From a virus, in IMG/VR virus record IMGVR_UViG_3300029904_000002, positions 1 to 64,000 of that record: DNA of 64,000 bases, one strand, 5' to 3'. Of the stretch, positions 44,481 to 52,682 are shown one piece after another; positions within the stretch are counted from its first letter, which is position 1; every line of letters begins with the position of its first letter. Position numbers and translations under genes: made by a program. The notes under the pieces were generated by a model. The model worked only from the letters and a program-made list of their open reading frames with translations, ran no database searches and was not told where the DNA came from.

Positions 44481-46334
44481 TTGGCAAAATATTACATAAC
44501 AGCTTGTGAGATGTTCTATGCTAACCTTTTTGATGTACAGTGCGTTAGAAAACATCTTGCTAAGATACAGTCTATATGCCCTGAATTTGTACAAGCATAT
44601 ATGGAATCAACATTACCTCACAATAAACGTAGAGATTATGGAGTTACTACCCTCAACTATCTTGTTTACAGTATTGTGAATGGGGATACAATTTCTAAAC
44701 CTGTCAAACTCATACAAGATTGTCCTTATGATGAATCTGAGATGAAGTCATGTTTAGGATCTGCATATGTTACAAGAGACACATTCAATTGGTTCATTGA
44801 TGATGAATCAGCTAAAATTACATCACCTGACGAAAATGTTTCTACAAATGATCAATTAGATTCTGATGCTGATGATATTCCGAGGAAGATTGAACATCAG
44901 AAAACTTCTGCAGTACTTGCTTCTGACGTGAACATTATTTCACAATCATCAGATTCTGTACAGCGAGAATTTACTGGATACAAATCAACTCTTGCAGACA
45001 TTGATTTAGAGTTTAGAAGTTTCCCAATTAGAGACGTGAGTAAGTTGTGGGGAACATGTTATGATGATTGTGGTCGTGAAATGAAAGTCTATTATTCGCA
45101 TCCGATCATACCTACAAAGCAGAATGAAATTACAATAACTACTCCATATGATCAGATTTCTGATATGGATGTGATCAAATTATTCCCAGATCATTTTATA
45201 CGTACTCGACTTGATATCATGTATGAACCTCAAGAAGGATTTACAGTTCATCCTAAACTTGGATTTATCCCCAAGATAACAGGATTTACCGAAGAACAGG
45301 TCATTGACAATATTATCAAGTATCCTCGTTTTTGTCACATATTTCGAATGATAGATGATCCTGATAAGTTTAGAGGTGAAAAACGTATCTCGTTTATCAG
45401 CAGAATTGAAGTCGATGGTGAGTTACTTCGTCTAAAGGAAGCTATTAACACAGTAGAAGATATGAAGAATCTCCCAGATATTAATGTATTTTATTATGAC
45501 TATATAATGAGACGATATCTGCTAGAACGAGATTATCATACAGTTGAACATAAGTATCCTTTAGATGGATATCTCCAACCATTTACCGTATTATTTATGA
45601 CGCCAGAAGAATATGCACAATTTGGATATACAGATGTCTTAGATCTTGCCAAACAGTGTGTGAAACATCGGGTTCAGTTCTATCAAAGCATTCATCCATT
45701 GACTAAGATGAGGTTTGCTTCAGAGCAGGTACCAATTCCTGAGTCTATTGAAAAAAGGGATTGCATATTCGCAGAAACTTGTAATAAAGTCAGATGTGAT
45801 TACACCTGTGGGCAAGATGTCATGTATAATTACATTTGGAAAAAATCTGGTATAAGAAAGATTGAAGGCATATATGATGAATCTAAATTGATTGAGGATT
45901 TCAATATGCTATCAAAATATGCTGGAGACTTAGTGTGCATAGAAACACCAGATGTGATTAAAAAGACATCTGAATACACATACATATATGCTTGTAAACT
46001 TCGAGGTGTGAATGCAAACTTAGTTCATATAAGCTATTCTGCATATATACAGCAAATACGTGATAGCTGGACATATGGAGGTACGGAAGAGCTTGAACAC
46101 TTGCAATTGAGACTGCGAAAATGGACAGTTGCAATCATATCTGGAATTGATTATTGTATGTTCAAAGATTTTGAAGCACAAACACTTCTAAATATCATTG
46201 ATACAAGAAGACTTGCAGGACTTACTACTATCATTTTAACTCGAAGCTTGACAAATATTCATGGTAATAGCATATTTCTAAGTCCTCTCAAAGAACAGCT
46301 CAAGGAGGTACTTGTATATGATAGAATCCATTGA
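44481..46334 (+). CDS. hypothetical protein, possible helicase loader / initiator
   Basis: 617 aa, TTG start 9 nt after GGAGG; overlaps the DnaB-like gene; no Walker A seen; function inferred from position only. Confidence 0.6.
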   Translation: MAKYYITACEMFYANLFDVQCVRKHLAKIQSICPEFVQAYMESTLPHNKRRDYGVTTLNYLVYSIVNGDTISKPVKLIQDCPYDESEMKSCLGSAYVTRDTFNWFIDDESAKITSPDENVSTNDQLDSDADDIPRKIEHQKTSAVLASDVNIISQSSDSVQREFTGYKSTLADIDLEFRSFPIRDVSKLWGTCYDDCGREMKVYYSHPIIPTKQNEITITTPYDQISDMDVIKLFPDHFIRTRLDIMYEPQEGFTVHPKLGFIPKITGFTEEQVIDNIIKYPRFCHIFRMIDDPDKFRGEKRISFISRIEVDGELLRLKEAINTVEDMKNLPDINVFYYDYIMRRYLLERDYHTVEHKYPLDGYLQPFTVLFMTPEEYAQFGYTDVLDLAKQCVKHRVQFYQSIHPLTKMRFASEQVPIPESIEKRDCIFAETCNKVRCDYTCGQDVMYNYIWKKSGIRKIEGIYDESKLIEDFNMLSKYAGDLVCIETPDVIKKTSEYTYIYACKLRGVNANLVHISYSAYIQQIRDSWTYGGTEELEHLQLRLRKWTVAIISGIDYCMFKDFEAQTLLNIIDTRRLAGLTTIILTRSLTNIHGNSIFLSPLKEQLKEVLVYDRIH

Positions 46335-47688
46335 ATTGCAAGTAATTTCTAAAATACTCACATCTCAAGATGAAGATGATGTCAACAAACTTCTGAGTTT
46401 TGATGACACATACTACTCTGTATTCAGACGTCATATACAGTTCATTTTTAATCATAAAGCTCGATATGGTGTAATACCTGATGTATTTACATTTTTAAAT
46501 GAGTTTCAAGATATTGAAACACTAGTAGATGTACAGGAACCTGTTCAATATTTATGCAATCAGCTACGTCTAAATAAGAAGAGAATCATACTTGTTGAAA
46601 CGGTAAATCGCATAAAAGACGCAGACGAATCTCAGATTGATAATGTGTGGGGATACATACGTGCACAAGTAAGTCGTGTAGATGTACTTGAGAATACACA
46701 ACCTATGGATATTGTACATACTACTCAAGAACGATCTGATATGATTCAAGAGTATAATAGACGTCCTAGAATACCGACAGGTATTCCTGAAATTGATGCA
46801 TGTATGTATGGTGGTATGTCAACGGTAGAAGAATTAGTTGTATTAGCAGCTAGGACGAACAGTGGAAAGAGCTGGCTATGTACTAAGATGATGGAATCGG
46901 CTCAACGTCATGGATTTCCTGTATTATATTATTCTCCTGAGATGCAAGCAGCTATGTTAGCAACAAGATTTGATACATGGAGAGCAGGATATGGAAAATT
47001 CAAAAATTCAGATATCTTCAGAGGACAATATAATGAAGAGTATCTCAAGTATCTGAGTAACTTACAAACTGAATCAACTCCAGCTTTCATACTCGAAGAT
47101 AAAGATGTTGAAAATGGAGTTGTGAATGCTACTAAGTTGCAAACATTTATTCATCAACACAAGATACAATTACTCATAATTGACGGCCTATCATACATGG
47201 AAGATGAGCAGCATGCAAGTGCTACTCATGAACAGTATAAGAATATATGTGCATCACTTTTCAAGATGTCAAAAACTGAAGGCTGCGTAGTTGTTATTGC
47301 TATGCAAGCAAATCGAGATACAAAGAAAAACAAATCTGATGAAGATGGAGTTGATCCATTCCCATCGTTATATGAACTTGAAGGATCTGATCATCCAGCT
47401 CGAATAGCTACTCAAGTATTCTCTATTCGTAATGTTTATGATCAAGGTCGTCTTGACATTAGGATGGAGAAATCAAGGAATGCTGCTAATAATAGATCTG
47501 TATTTTCATATCGATGGGATCCAAATAATGGAGAGATGTCATTGCTGGATGATACTACGTCAGATTCTATTTCTAATTCGATTAGTCCAAATGTAACTCC
47601 TGTAGTAGTAACTACTAAGATACATAAAGACGATGATAATGATCTAATCGATGACGACGATGAGTTTGAAGAAGGGATCAAATTCTAA
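46318..47688 (+). CDS. dnaB: DnaB-family replicative helicase
   Basis: ORF track 46312..47688; ATG 46318; Walker A ARTNSGKS; Walker B LLIIDGL. Confidence 0.88.
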   Translation: MIESIELQVISKILTSQDEDDVNKLLSFDDTYYSVFRRHIQFIFNHKARYGVIPDVFTFLNEFQDIETLVDVQEPVQYLCNQLRLNKKRIILVETVNRIKDADESQIDNVWGYIRAQVSRVDVLENTQPMDIVHTTQERSDMIQEYNRRPRIPTGIPEIDACMYGGMSTVEELVVLAARTNSGKSWLCTKMMESAQRHGFPVLYYSPEMQAAMLATRFDTWRAGYGKFKNSDIFRGQYNEEYLKYLSNLQTESTPAFILEDKDVENGVVNATKLQTFIHQHKIQLLIIDGLSYMEDEQHASATHEQYKNICASLFKMSKTEGCVVVIAMQANRDTKKNKSDEDGVDPFPSLYELEGSDHPARIATQVFSIRNVYDQGRLDIRMEKSRNAANNRSVFSYRWDPNNGEMSLLDDTTSDSISNSISPNVTPVVVTTKIHKDDDNDLIDDDDEFEEGIKF

Positions 47689-48677
47689 TGGATGTAGTAG
47701 GATTATTGAACTATATGAGTTCACAAGGTTTGTTGCGATTGAATAAAATAACAGGTGATTACTACAGTGTATATTGCCCGTTTCATAATGGTGGTCAAGA
47801 ACGAAGACCTTCCGCAGGTGTTCTGTTACATGATCAGTACAGAAACGGACAGCATTATCCTGAAGGTATGTTTAATTGTTTCACATGTCATACCGCAGGT
47901 AACATAAATCAGTGGGTATCAAAATTATTAAGTGAACGAGTAGTTTCTGATGATGTAAAGAAATATATACAAGAACAAATAGGCACTCGTGTGAACACAG
48001 AATCTGGTAAGCTATTCTCAGAAGATATTGGGAAAGCTTTGCAAGCAAAATTTGCAATCAATTCTATGCAGAGCATCATTCATAATAATCAAAAATCTTA
48101 TATAGATGAAACTGAGTTAGCTCAATATAGGCTCACTGTTCCGTATATGTATGAACGTAAGTTAACAGATGATCTTATAGAAAAATATGACGTAGGAGTA
48201 GATCTTCATTATATCCCTAAGGGTGGTAATAAAGAAATTCCATGTATAACATTTCCTGTACGAGACAGAACTGGTAAATCGTTATTTATTGTAAGAAGAG
48301 CAATTCCCATAAAGCGATTCTACATGCCTGATGATATACAGAAACCTGTATATGGGTTGTATGAATTACCTAAGAACTGCAAATCAGTTGTAATTGTGGA
48401 AAGCTGTTTCAATGCACTTACGTCTGTCAGATATGGTAGGCCTGCTGTTGCATTGTTAGGTACAGGTACTCCTTATCAAATTGAGCAGTTAAAACGATTA
48501 GGTGTAAGAGAATTCATATTAGGGTTTGATCCGGATGAAGCTGGAGAACGTGCAACTCGTAGACTTAAAAAAGCTCTAAAGTCTGTTGCACTTATTTGGC
48601 AGTTTTCTGGAATTCCTATTGGTAAAGATATAAATGATCTATCGGAAGAAGAATTTAGATCATTAGAAATAATTTGA
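47688..48677 (+). CDS. dnaG: DnaG-type primase (CHC2 zinc finger + Toprim)
   Basis: 329 aa; CPFHNGG..CFTCH; Toprim VVIVESCFNALT and GFDPDEAG; start overlaps the dnaB stop. Confidence 0.88.
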   Translation: MDVVGLLNYMSSQGLLRLNKITGDYYSVYCPFHNGGQERRPSAGVLLHDQYRNGQHYPEGMFNCFTCHTAGNINQWVSKLLSERVVSDDVKKYIQEQIGTRVNTESGKLFSEDIGKALQAKFAINSMQSIIHNNQKSYIDETELAQYRLTVPYMYERKLTDDLIEKYDVGVDLHYIPKGGNKEIPCITFPVRDRTGKSLFIVRRAIPIKRFYMPDDIQKPVYGLYELPKNCKSVVIVESCFNALTSVRYGRPAVALLGTGTPYQIEQLKRLGVREFILGFDPDEAGERATRRLKKALKSVALIWQFSGIPIGKDINDLSEEEFRSLEII

Positions 48678-48691
48678 GGAGGGAATTATAG

Positions 48692-48952
48692 ATGAAATTG
48701 TCAAAAGAAACTAAGTTAGGTCTAATCTATCTCAAAAGAAAGATATTGTCACGTGCATATGATGTACCAATTTCACATGTATCTGAAACATCTGTTGTTA
48801 ATGTTGAAGATATTGAGGACATATTTGATAATATATTGACAGAATCAGAGTTATCAGATAAAGATAGATTTAAACATGAAATGCAAAAAGATATCGAAGA
48901 TCTTTTCAGATCATTAACACCTGAAGAAGTTGCGGCAATGAATAAGCGTTAG
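48692..48952 (+). CDS. hypothetical protein
   Basis: ORF track 86 aa; GGAGGG upstream. Confidence 0.6.
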   Translation: MKLSKETKLGLIYLKRKILSRAYDVPISHVSETSVVNVEDIEDIFDNILTESELSDKDRFKHEMQKDIEDLFRSLTPEEVAAMNKR

Positions 48953-48966
48953 GAGATTATGTAAAT

Positions 48967-49005
48967 TAGGTCATGTATAGCAGATTGTACATGACCTATT
49001 AATTT
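48967..49005 (+). terminator. intrinsic terminator
   Basis: 11-bp stem TAGGTCATGTA/TACATGACCTA, 10-nt loop, T-rich tail. Confidence 0.65.
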
Positions 49006-49018
49006 GTTATATATTTGA

Positions 49019-49034
49019 CCATTAAATACGAATC
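49019..49034. repeat. left copy of inverted repeat (CCATTAAATACGAATC)
   Basis: Reverse complement recurs at 49966-49983 (16/18 match, 14-bp perfect core CATTAAATACGAAT). Confidence 0.5.
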
Positions 49035-49099
49035 TGCAATCAAACATAGATAAAGTAAGCTATTTAGAAACATCACGAAAAATTCTGTATATAAAAGAC

Positions 49100-49372
49100 A
49101 TGAGATACACATTTTCTAATATTGCAGGATATGGATACCAATATGTAGATATTACAGCAGATGTCAACTCGTTTGGAGGATTATCAGATGTATATGCAAT
49201 GACTCCATTTCAAGGAAATCAGCAATCTTGTATGCCTTACTTATATTCAGCTACTTCTGGGTCAGGGCAATGGTTGTATGTGTATAATTCTAGTCAACAC
49301 ACAGTATCAAGTTGTATTGTTATAGTGAGTACTTCTATGTATGAATCGTTATTATATGTGAGAAAGGTGTGA
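49100..49372 (+). CDS. hypothetical protein (no obvious SD)
   Basis: ORF track 90 aa. Confidence 0.4.
   Translation: MRYTFSNIAGYGYQYVDITADVNSFGGLSDVYAMTPFQGNQQSCMPYLYSATSGSGQWLYVYNSSQHTVSSCIVIVSTSMYESLLYVRKV
49343..49355 (+). promoter_or_regulatory. gAATCGTTAt promoter-like motif copy (GAATCGTTATTAT)
   Basis: In the last 30 nt of 49100..49372; 24 nt upstream of ATG 49379. Confidence 0.5.
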
Positions 49373-49378
49373 TATCTC

Positions 49379-49936
49379 ATGAAAATAAGCAAGAATAAGA
49401 GAATATTTGGAACATCTATACCTGAGTCACATATAATAAATGTTGATGTAGATGTGTATTATTATTCAGAAAATGTAGCAGTTAATTCTGCTACAGATTT
49501 AGCAGAAATTCCAGATAACTATGACGAGTACTTTAAACAGAGTCCTGGATTTACAGAATTTGAATCATTTCTTCATACCGCTGTAAATATTCTTAATTTG
49601 AAAAATTGTACTATTAAGAAACAGGAGTGGTCAGATAGAAATAATTCTTTATCCTATTACATATTATTCACAACTCCAGAAAATGATAATGAAATATACA
49701 TGATATTCTTGAGATTATCTGATCATTACATCGACATTAGAGATTCAAAGATTCGTCAGAAATATCAAAAATATGTTGAAAGATTGACCAAGCAATATGT
49801 AGAGGAGTTGAATGATGGGGATACTAAAATATATGTAGAGACACAACAGATTGTTGTAGGGTCTCGTCAAGCACCAACTTATTCTAGAGCTGGTAAGTAC
49901 CTTAATAATCTTATCGATGAGTATATAGAGCAATGA
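49379..49936 (+). CDS. hypothetical protein
   Basis: ORF track 185 aa. Confidence 0.6.
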   Translation: MKISKNKRIFGTSIPESHIINVDVDVYYYSENVAVNSATDLAEIPDNYDEYFKQSPGFTEFESFLHTAVNILNLKNCTIKKQEWSDRNNSLSYYILFTTPENDNEIYMIFLRLSDHYIDIRDSKIRQKYQKYVERLTKQYVEELNDGDTKIYVETQQIVVGSRQAPTYSRAGKYLNNLIDEYIEQ

Positions 49937-49965
49937 CGTAAAAATCATTGCTCTTATTTTTTTTT
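49928..49965 (+). terminator. intrinsic terminator
   Basis: 9-bp stem GAGCAATGA/TCATTGCTC, then TTATTTTTTTTT. Confidence 0.8.
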
Positions 49966-49983
49966 AATTCGTATTTAATGATC
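49966..49983. repeat. right copy of inverted repeat (AATTCGTATTTAATGATC)
   Basis: Reverse complement of the 49019-49034 element. Confidence 0.5.
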
Positions 49984-50031
49984 ATTGATTTTCTACAAAT
50001 ATTACGAAATGATTAAGTTTTGTGATCGGGC

Positions 50032-50060
50032 TTGACTTCTCATCAAAATCGTTATACAAT
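50032..50060 (+). promoter_or_regulatory. sigma-A-type promoter that contains a copy of the AATCGTTAT motif
   Basis: TTGACT, 17 nt spacer, TACAAT. TTGACTTCTCA.CAA is shared with the 42876 promoter. AAATCGTTATACA (50046-50058) spans the spacer and the -10. Confidence 0.65.
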
Positions 50061-50134
50061 ATATATGTAAAATAAATAACACATAAGTATCAACACACAT
50101 CAATAAATATCAATAGTCCAGGAGGATATAAATT

Positions 50135-50752
50135 ATGAGTAGAGAATTTTACGAAGCAAGAAGATTATTCATCAATCACATCAATTACACTGACCCATAT
50201 TCTTATGAAGAATGGGTTGCACTTCCTGACGATCATAAAACCGTTGCGTTATATATCCAGTATTTCAACGAAATTATCTTAGCTTGGTATAAAACCAAAT
50301 CTTTTTACGCTTCAGAAGAAGAGGGCGTAGAAACAGTTCTTCAGTACCTTCATAAAAATGTTCCAATTCTTGAAGAGAATAAGAAGAAATTCAATGAGCG
50401 ATATATCTACAGAGTAGCGTATAATTGCTTATATTGCATCAGTCATGATAGATTGATTGATAAAGCAAGATGGGAGCTTGAAACTTCTAACATTTGTCCG
50501 ACATCGGATGGTGAAATCAATATGTTTGATTTAATAGAAGACAACGATGCTTCTTCAGAATTTGATCTTTCTGATAGAGCTATCAGAGCTAAGTTTTGGG
50601 AGATCGTTGATTCTGACCCTGATATGGCTGCATTGGTAAATAATATCCTTAACGGTGAGAAGCTTGGATTTAGAGGTAAGAGAAAAGAAGCTGCAATGGA
50701 GAACTTAAAAGCAAAACTTGAAGTTTTCAAAGTTTACTTTTACAACGATTAA
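50135..50752 (+). CDS. ECF-sigma-like protein (second phage sigma candidate)
   Basis: 205 aa; YIYRVAYNCLYCISHDRLIDKAR resembles ECF region 2 (WLYRIA.N...D..R); C-terminal helix weakly resembles region 4. Confidence 0.4.
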   Translation: MSREFYEARRLFINHINYTDPYSYEEWVALPDDHKTVALYIQYFNEIILAWYKTKSFYASEEEGVETVLQYLHKNVPILEENKKKFNERYIYRVAYNCLYCISHDRLIDKARWELETSNICPTSDGEINMFDLIEDNDASSEFDLSDRAIRAKFWEIVDSDPDMAALVNNILNGEKLGFRGKRKEAAMENLKAKLEVFKVYFYND

Positions 50753-50810
50753 AGTAGTAATACATACATTAATCAAATGATATCAATAGTCCAAGAGGAG
50801 GTAATCAAAA

Positions 50811-51101
50811 ATGTATGCATATGCAAAAGCAAAATATCTAATGTCATCTCGTCCTAAGAAATCTAGGTTAGCTGGAGACCTTAACAGAACAGAATCTGTT
50901 AAACACATGTTTGATAGACATGATATTCCATATACGACTGGTTGTGATAAGAAAGGAGCAACTTATCAGAAAGCTCTCACGAATTTTGTTCGGAGTAAAT
51001 CTGATGAAGATCTCAAAGAGCTCATGAAGGATTGCTACAAAGGTGTTCCTACAGACATTGCTTTCAAGGCTGAAAATGAGTACCGCGGACGTCATATGTA
51101 G
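50811..51101 (+). CDS. hypothetical protein
   Basis: ORF track 96 aa; its 5' UTR shares TATCAATAGTCCA with the 50135 gene. Confidence 0.6.
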   Translation: MYAYAKAKYLMSSRPKKSRLAGDLNRTESVKHMFDRHDIPYTTGCDKKGATYQKALTNFVRSKSDEDLKELMKDCYKGVPTDIAFKAENEYRGRHM

Positions 51102-51110
51102 GAGGTGCAA

Positions 51111-51311
51111 ATGATGAAATTGAAATTTACGGATTTAACATTTGAAAAGATTCAGGATTATGATCCTTTCAATGAGAGAGCAAACGCAATTGGCATGGTC
51201 ACAAGCTGGGTGGCTAGAAATCCATTTGGAAATTCTGTAGCATTTGGAGATACAAAAGCTGAATGTGAGAAAGATGCTAGAAGATGGATCAAATATGGTC
51301 AAGGGAGGTGA
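51111..51311 (+). CDS. hypothetical protein
   Basis: ORF track 51105..51311; ATG 51111 or 51114 behind GGAGG. Confidence 0.5.
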   Translation: MMKLKFTDLTFEKIQDYDPFNERANAIGMVTSWVARNPFGNSVAFGDTKAECEKDARRWIKYGQGR

Positions 51312-51316
51312 TAAGA

Positions 51317-51757
51317 TTGTCACAGACAATGGTTTCTCAAAGAGCACATTTTGAGTGTGCTTATATCTACAAAAGAAATGATAAGTATATCTTGAATGCA
51401 CACGACTACAAGGTAGAAGTTACCGTCACTTCACCTGATAGGGTGTCACCTGTAATTATATCATTTGAAGATCTGAAATCTGCAGTAGTGTCTGCACTTC
51501 CACATCAGAAATTTCTCATTTCTAATAAGGAGGGATCAGATAACTCAATTGATTTATCACTAATAGGTATATTTGCACAGTTTGATACAGGTCTGTACTG
51601 CGTCATTCCTGATTACATATGTGCAGAGACGCTTGTCAATTACATTGCTTCTAAGATTGATGATAATCTCTTAGAATATGGGTGCTTATTGTGGCAGGTA
51701 CGGTTGATAGAATCATCAGATTCTTATGTTACATGGAATCGTGCGTCTAAACTTTAG
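51317..51757 (+). CDS. degenerate PTPS/QueD-fold paralogue
   Basis: ORF track 51284..51757; TTG 51317 lies 8 nt after GGAGG. Aligns by eye to the phage QueD (FECAYIY..NAHDYKVEVTV..ISFEDLK..ESSDSY vs VSAAHKL..MHGHNWKITV..IDFKEIK..ESSNNW), but two of the three metal-binding His and the Cys are replaced. Confidence 0.5.
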   Translation: MSQTMVSQRAHFECAYIYKRNDKYILNAHDYKVEVTVTSPDRVSPVIISFEDLKSAVVSALPHQKFLISNKEGSDNSIDLSLIGIFAQFDTGLYCVIPDYICAETLVNYIASKIDDNLLEYGCLLWQVRLIESSDSYVTWNRASKL

Positions 51758-51760
51758 GTA

Positions 51761-51773
51761 GCATCGTTAATAT
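51761..51773 (+). promoter_or_regulatory. gAATCGTTAt promoter-like motif copy (GCATCGTTAATAT)
   Basis: 4 nt after the stop; 48 nt upstream of ATG 51821. Confidence 0.6.
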
Positions 51774-51820
51774 AGATGAATCAAGTAATATCAAAAAATG
51801 AGTATCAAGGAGGATTATTC

Positions 51821-52585
51821 ATGGCGTTCAAATCAATGGATGAATACAATGAAGAGAAGTATGGAGGGCTATTTTCACTTCGTAACGACAAAGATTATGC
51901 AGATGTAGTATTCTTATATCGTAGCAGAAGAGATGTGCTCATATGCGATGCACATTACATTAAATCTGCAGATTACAGCGGATATGTACATTGCTGCGGA
52001 AAAGGCTGTCCGGTATGTGGTAAAGGAATTCGTGTTCAGACAAAACTTTTCATTCCGCTCTATAACTACTCCACAGGTAGAGTTGAGTTCTGGGATAGAA
52101 ATGTCCGGTTCGAGAATCAGCTTGTTACTGATGTATTTGACAGATATCCAAATCCGTCAGAGGTTGTATTCCGAATTACTCGAAATGGTGCATATGGAGA
52201 TATCAATACAACATATTCAATTGTTGCAAAAGGTGCAAACTCTCCGGAGAGTGGATGCAAAACATATTCACAGATCTTAGCTGAGAACAATATCTTATTC
52301 CCTGATTATTATTCACAGGTAATTAAGGAGTACTCACCTGGTGAGCTTTATGCTATGCTTAATGATTCTACGGGATATGACGCAGCTCAGCAACCTTCTG
52401 GAGGATATTCAATGCCTAACTATCAGGTGTCTCCTCGTAGAGCTGCAAATCCTGCACCTACGGGGTCTGAACTTGAACAGTTTACACCTACTATACCGGA
52501 TGGTGATGACGATAATACGGTTCCGTTTACAGAAGGAAATGATTCAGAAATCCCTCCGGAACTGACAGAGCCTGTAAAATTTTAA
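51821..52585 (+). CDS. single-stranded DNA-binding protein (zinc-containing, acidic C-tail)
   Basis: ORF track 51776..52585; ATG 51821; CCGKGCPVCG; acidic tail DGDDDNTVPFTEGNDSEIPPELTEPVKF; located before the polymerase. Confidence 0.6.
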   Translation: MAFKSMDEYNEEKYGGLFSLRNDKDYADVVFLYRSRRDVLICDAHYIKSADYSGYVHCCGKGCPVCGKGIRVQTKLFIPLYNYSTGRVEFWDRNVRFENQLVTDVFDRYPNPSEVVFRITRNGAYGDINTTYSIVAKGANSPESGCKTYSQILAENNILFPDYYSQVIKEYSPGELYAMLNDSTGYDAAQQPSGGYSMPNYQVSPRRAANPAPTGSELEQFTPTIPDGDDDNTVPFTEGNDSEIPPELTEPVKF

Positions 52586-52600
52586 ACTGTTGATATTGAG

Positions 52601-52625
52601 GTCGGCTACAAACGTTGTAGTCGGC
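52601..52625 (+). terminator. stem-loop, 11 bp, weak T tail
   Basis: GTCGGCTACAA-ACG-TTGTAGTCGGC; related to the 58563 hairpin (GGCTACAA..TTGTAG). Confidence 0.45.
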
Positions 52626-52638
52626 CTTAATTTATGTA

Positions 52639-52651
52639 GAATCGTTATTAC
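52639..52651 (+). promoter_or_regulatory. gAATCGTTAt promoter-like motif copy (GAATCGTTATTAC)
   Basis: After the hairpin; 32 nt upstream of TTG 52683. Confidence 0.6.
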
Positions 52652-52682
52652 ATGATATCATACAGAAAGGATGTGAATAGCA

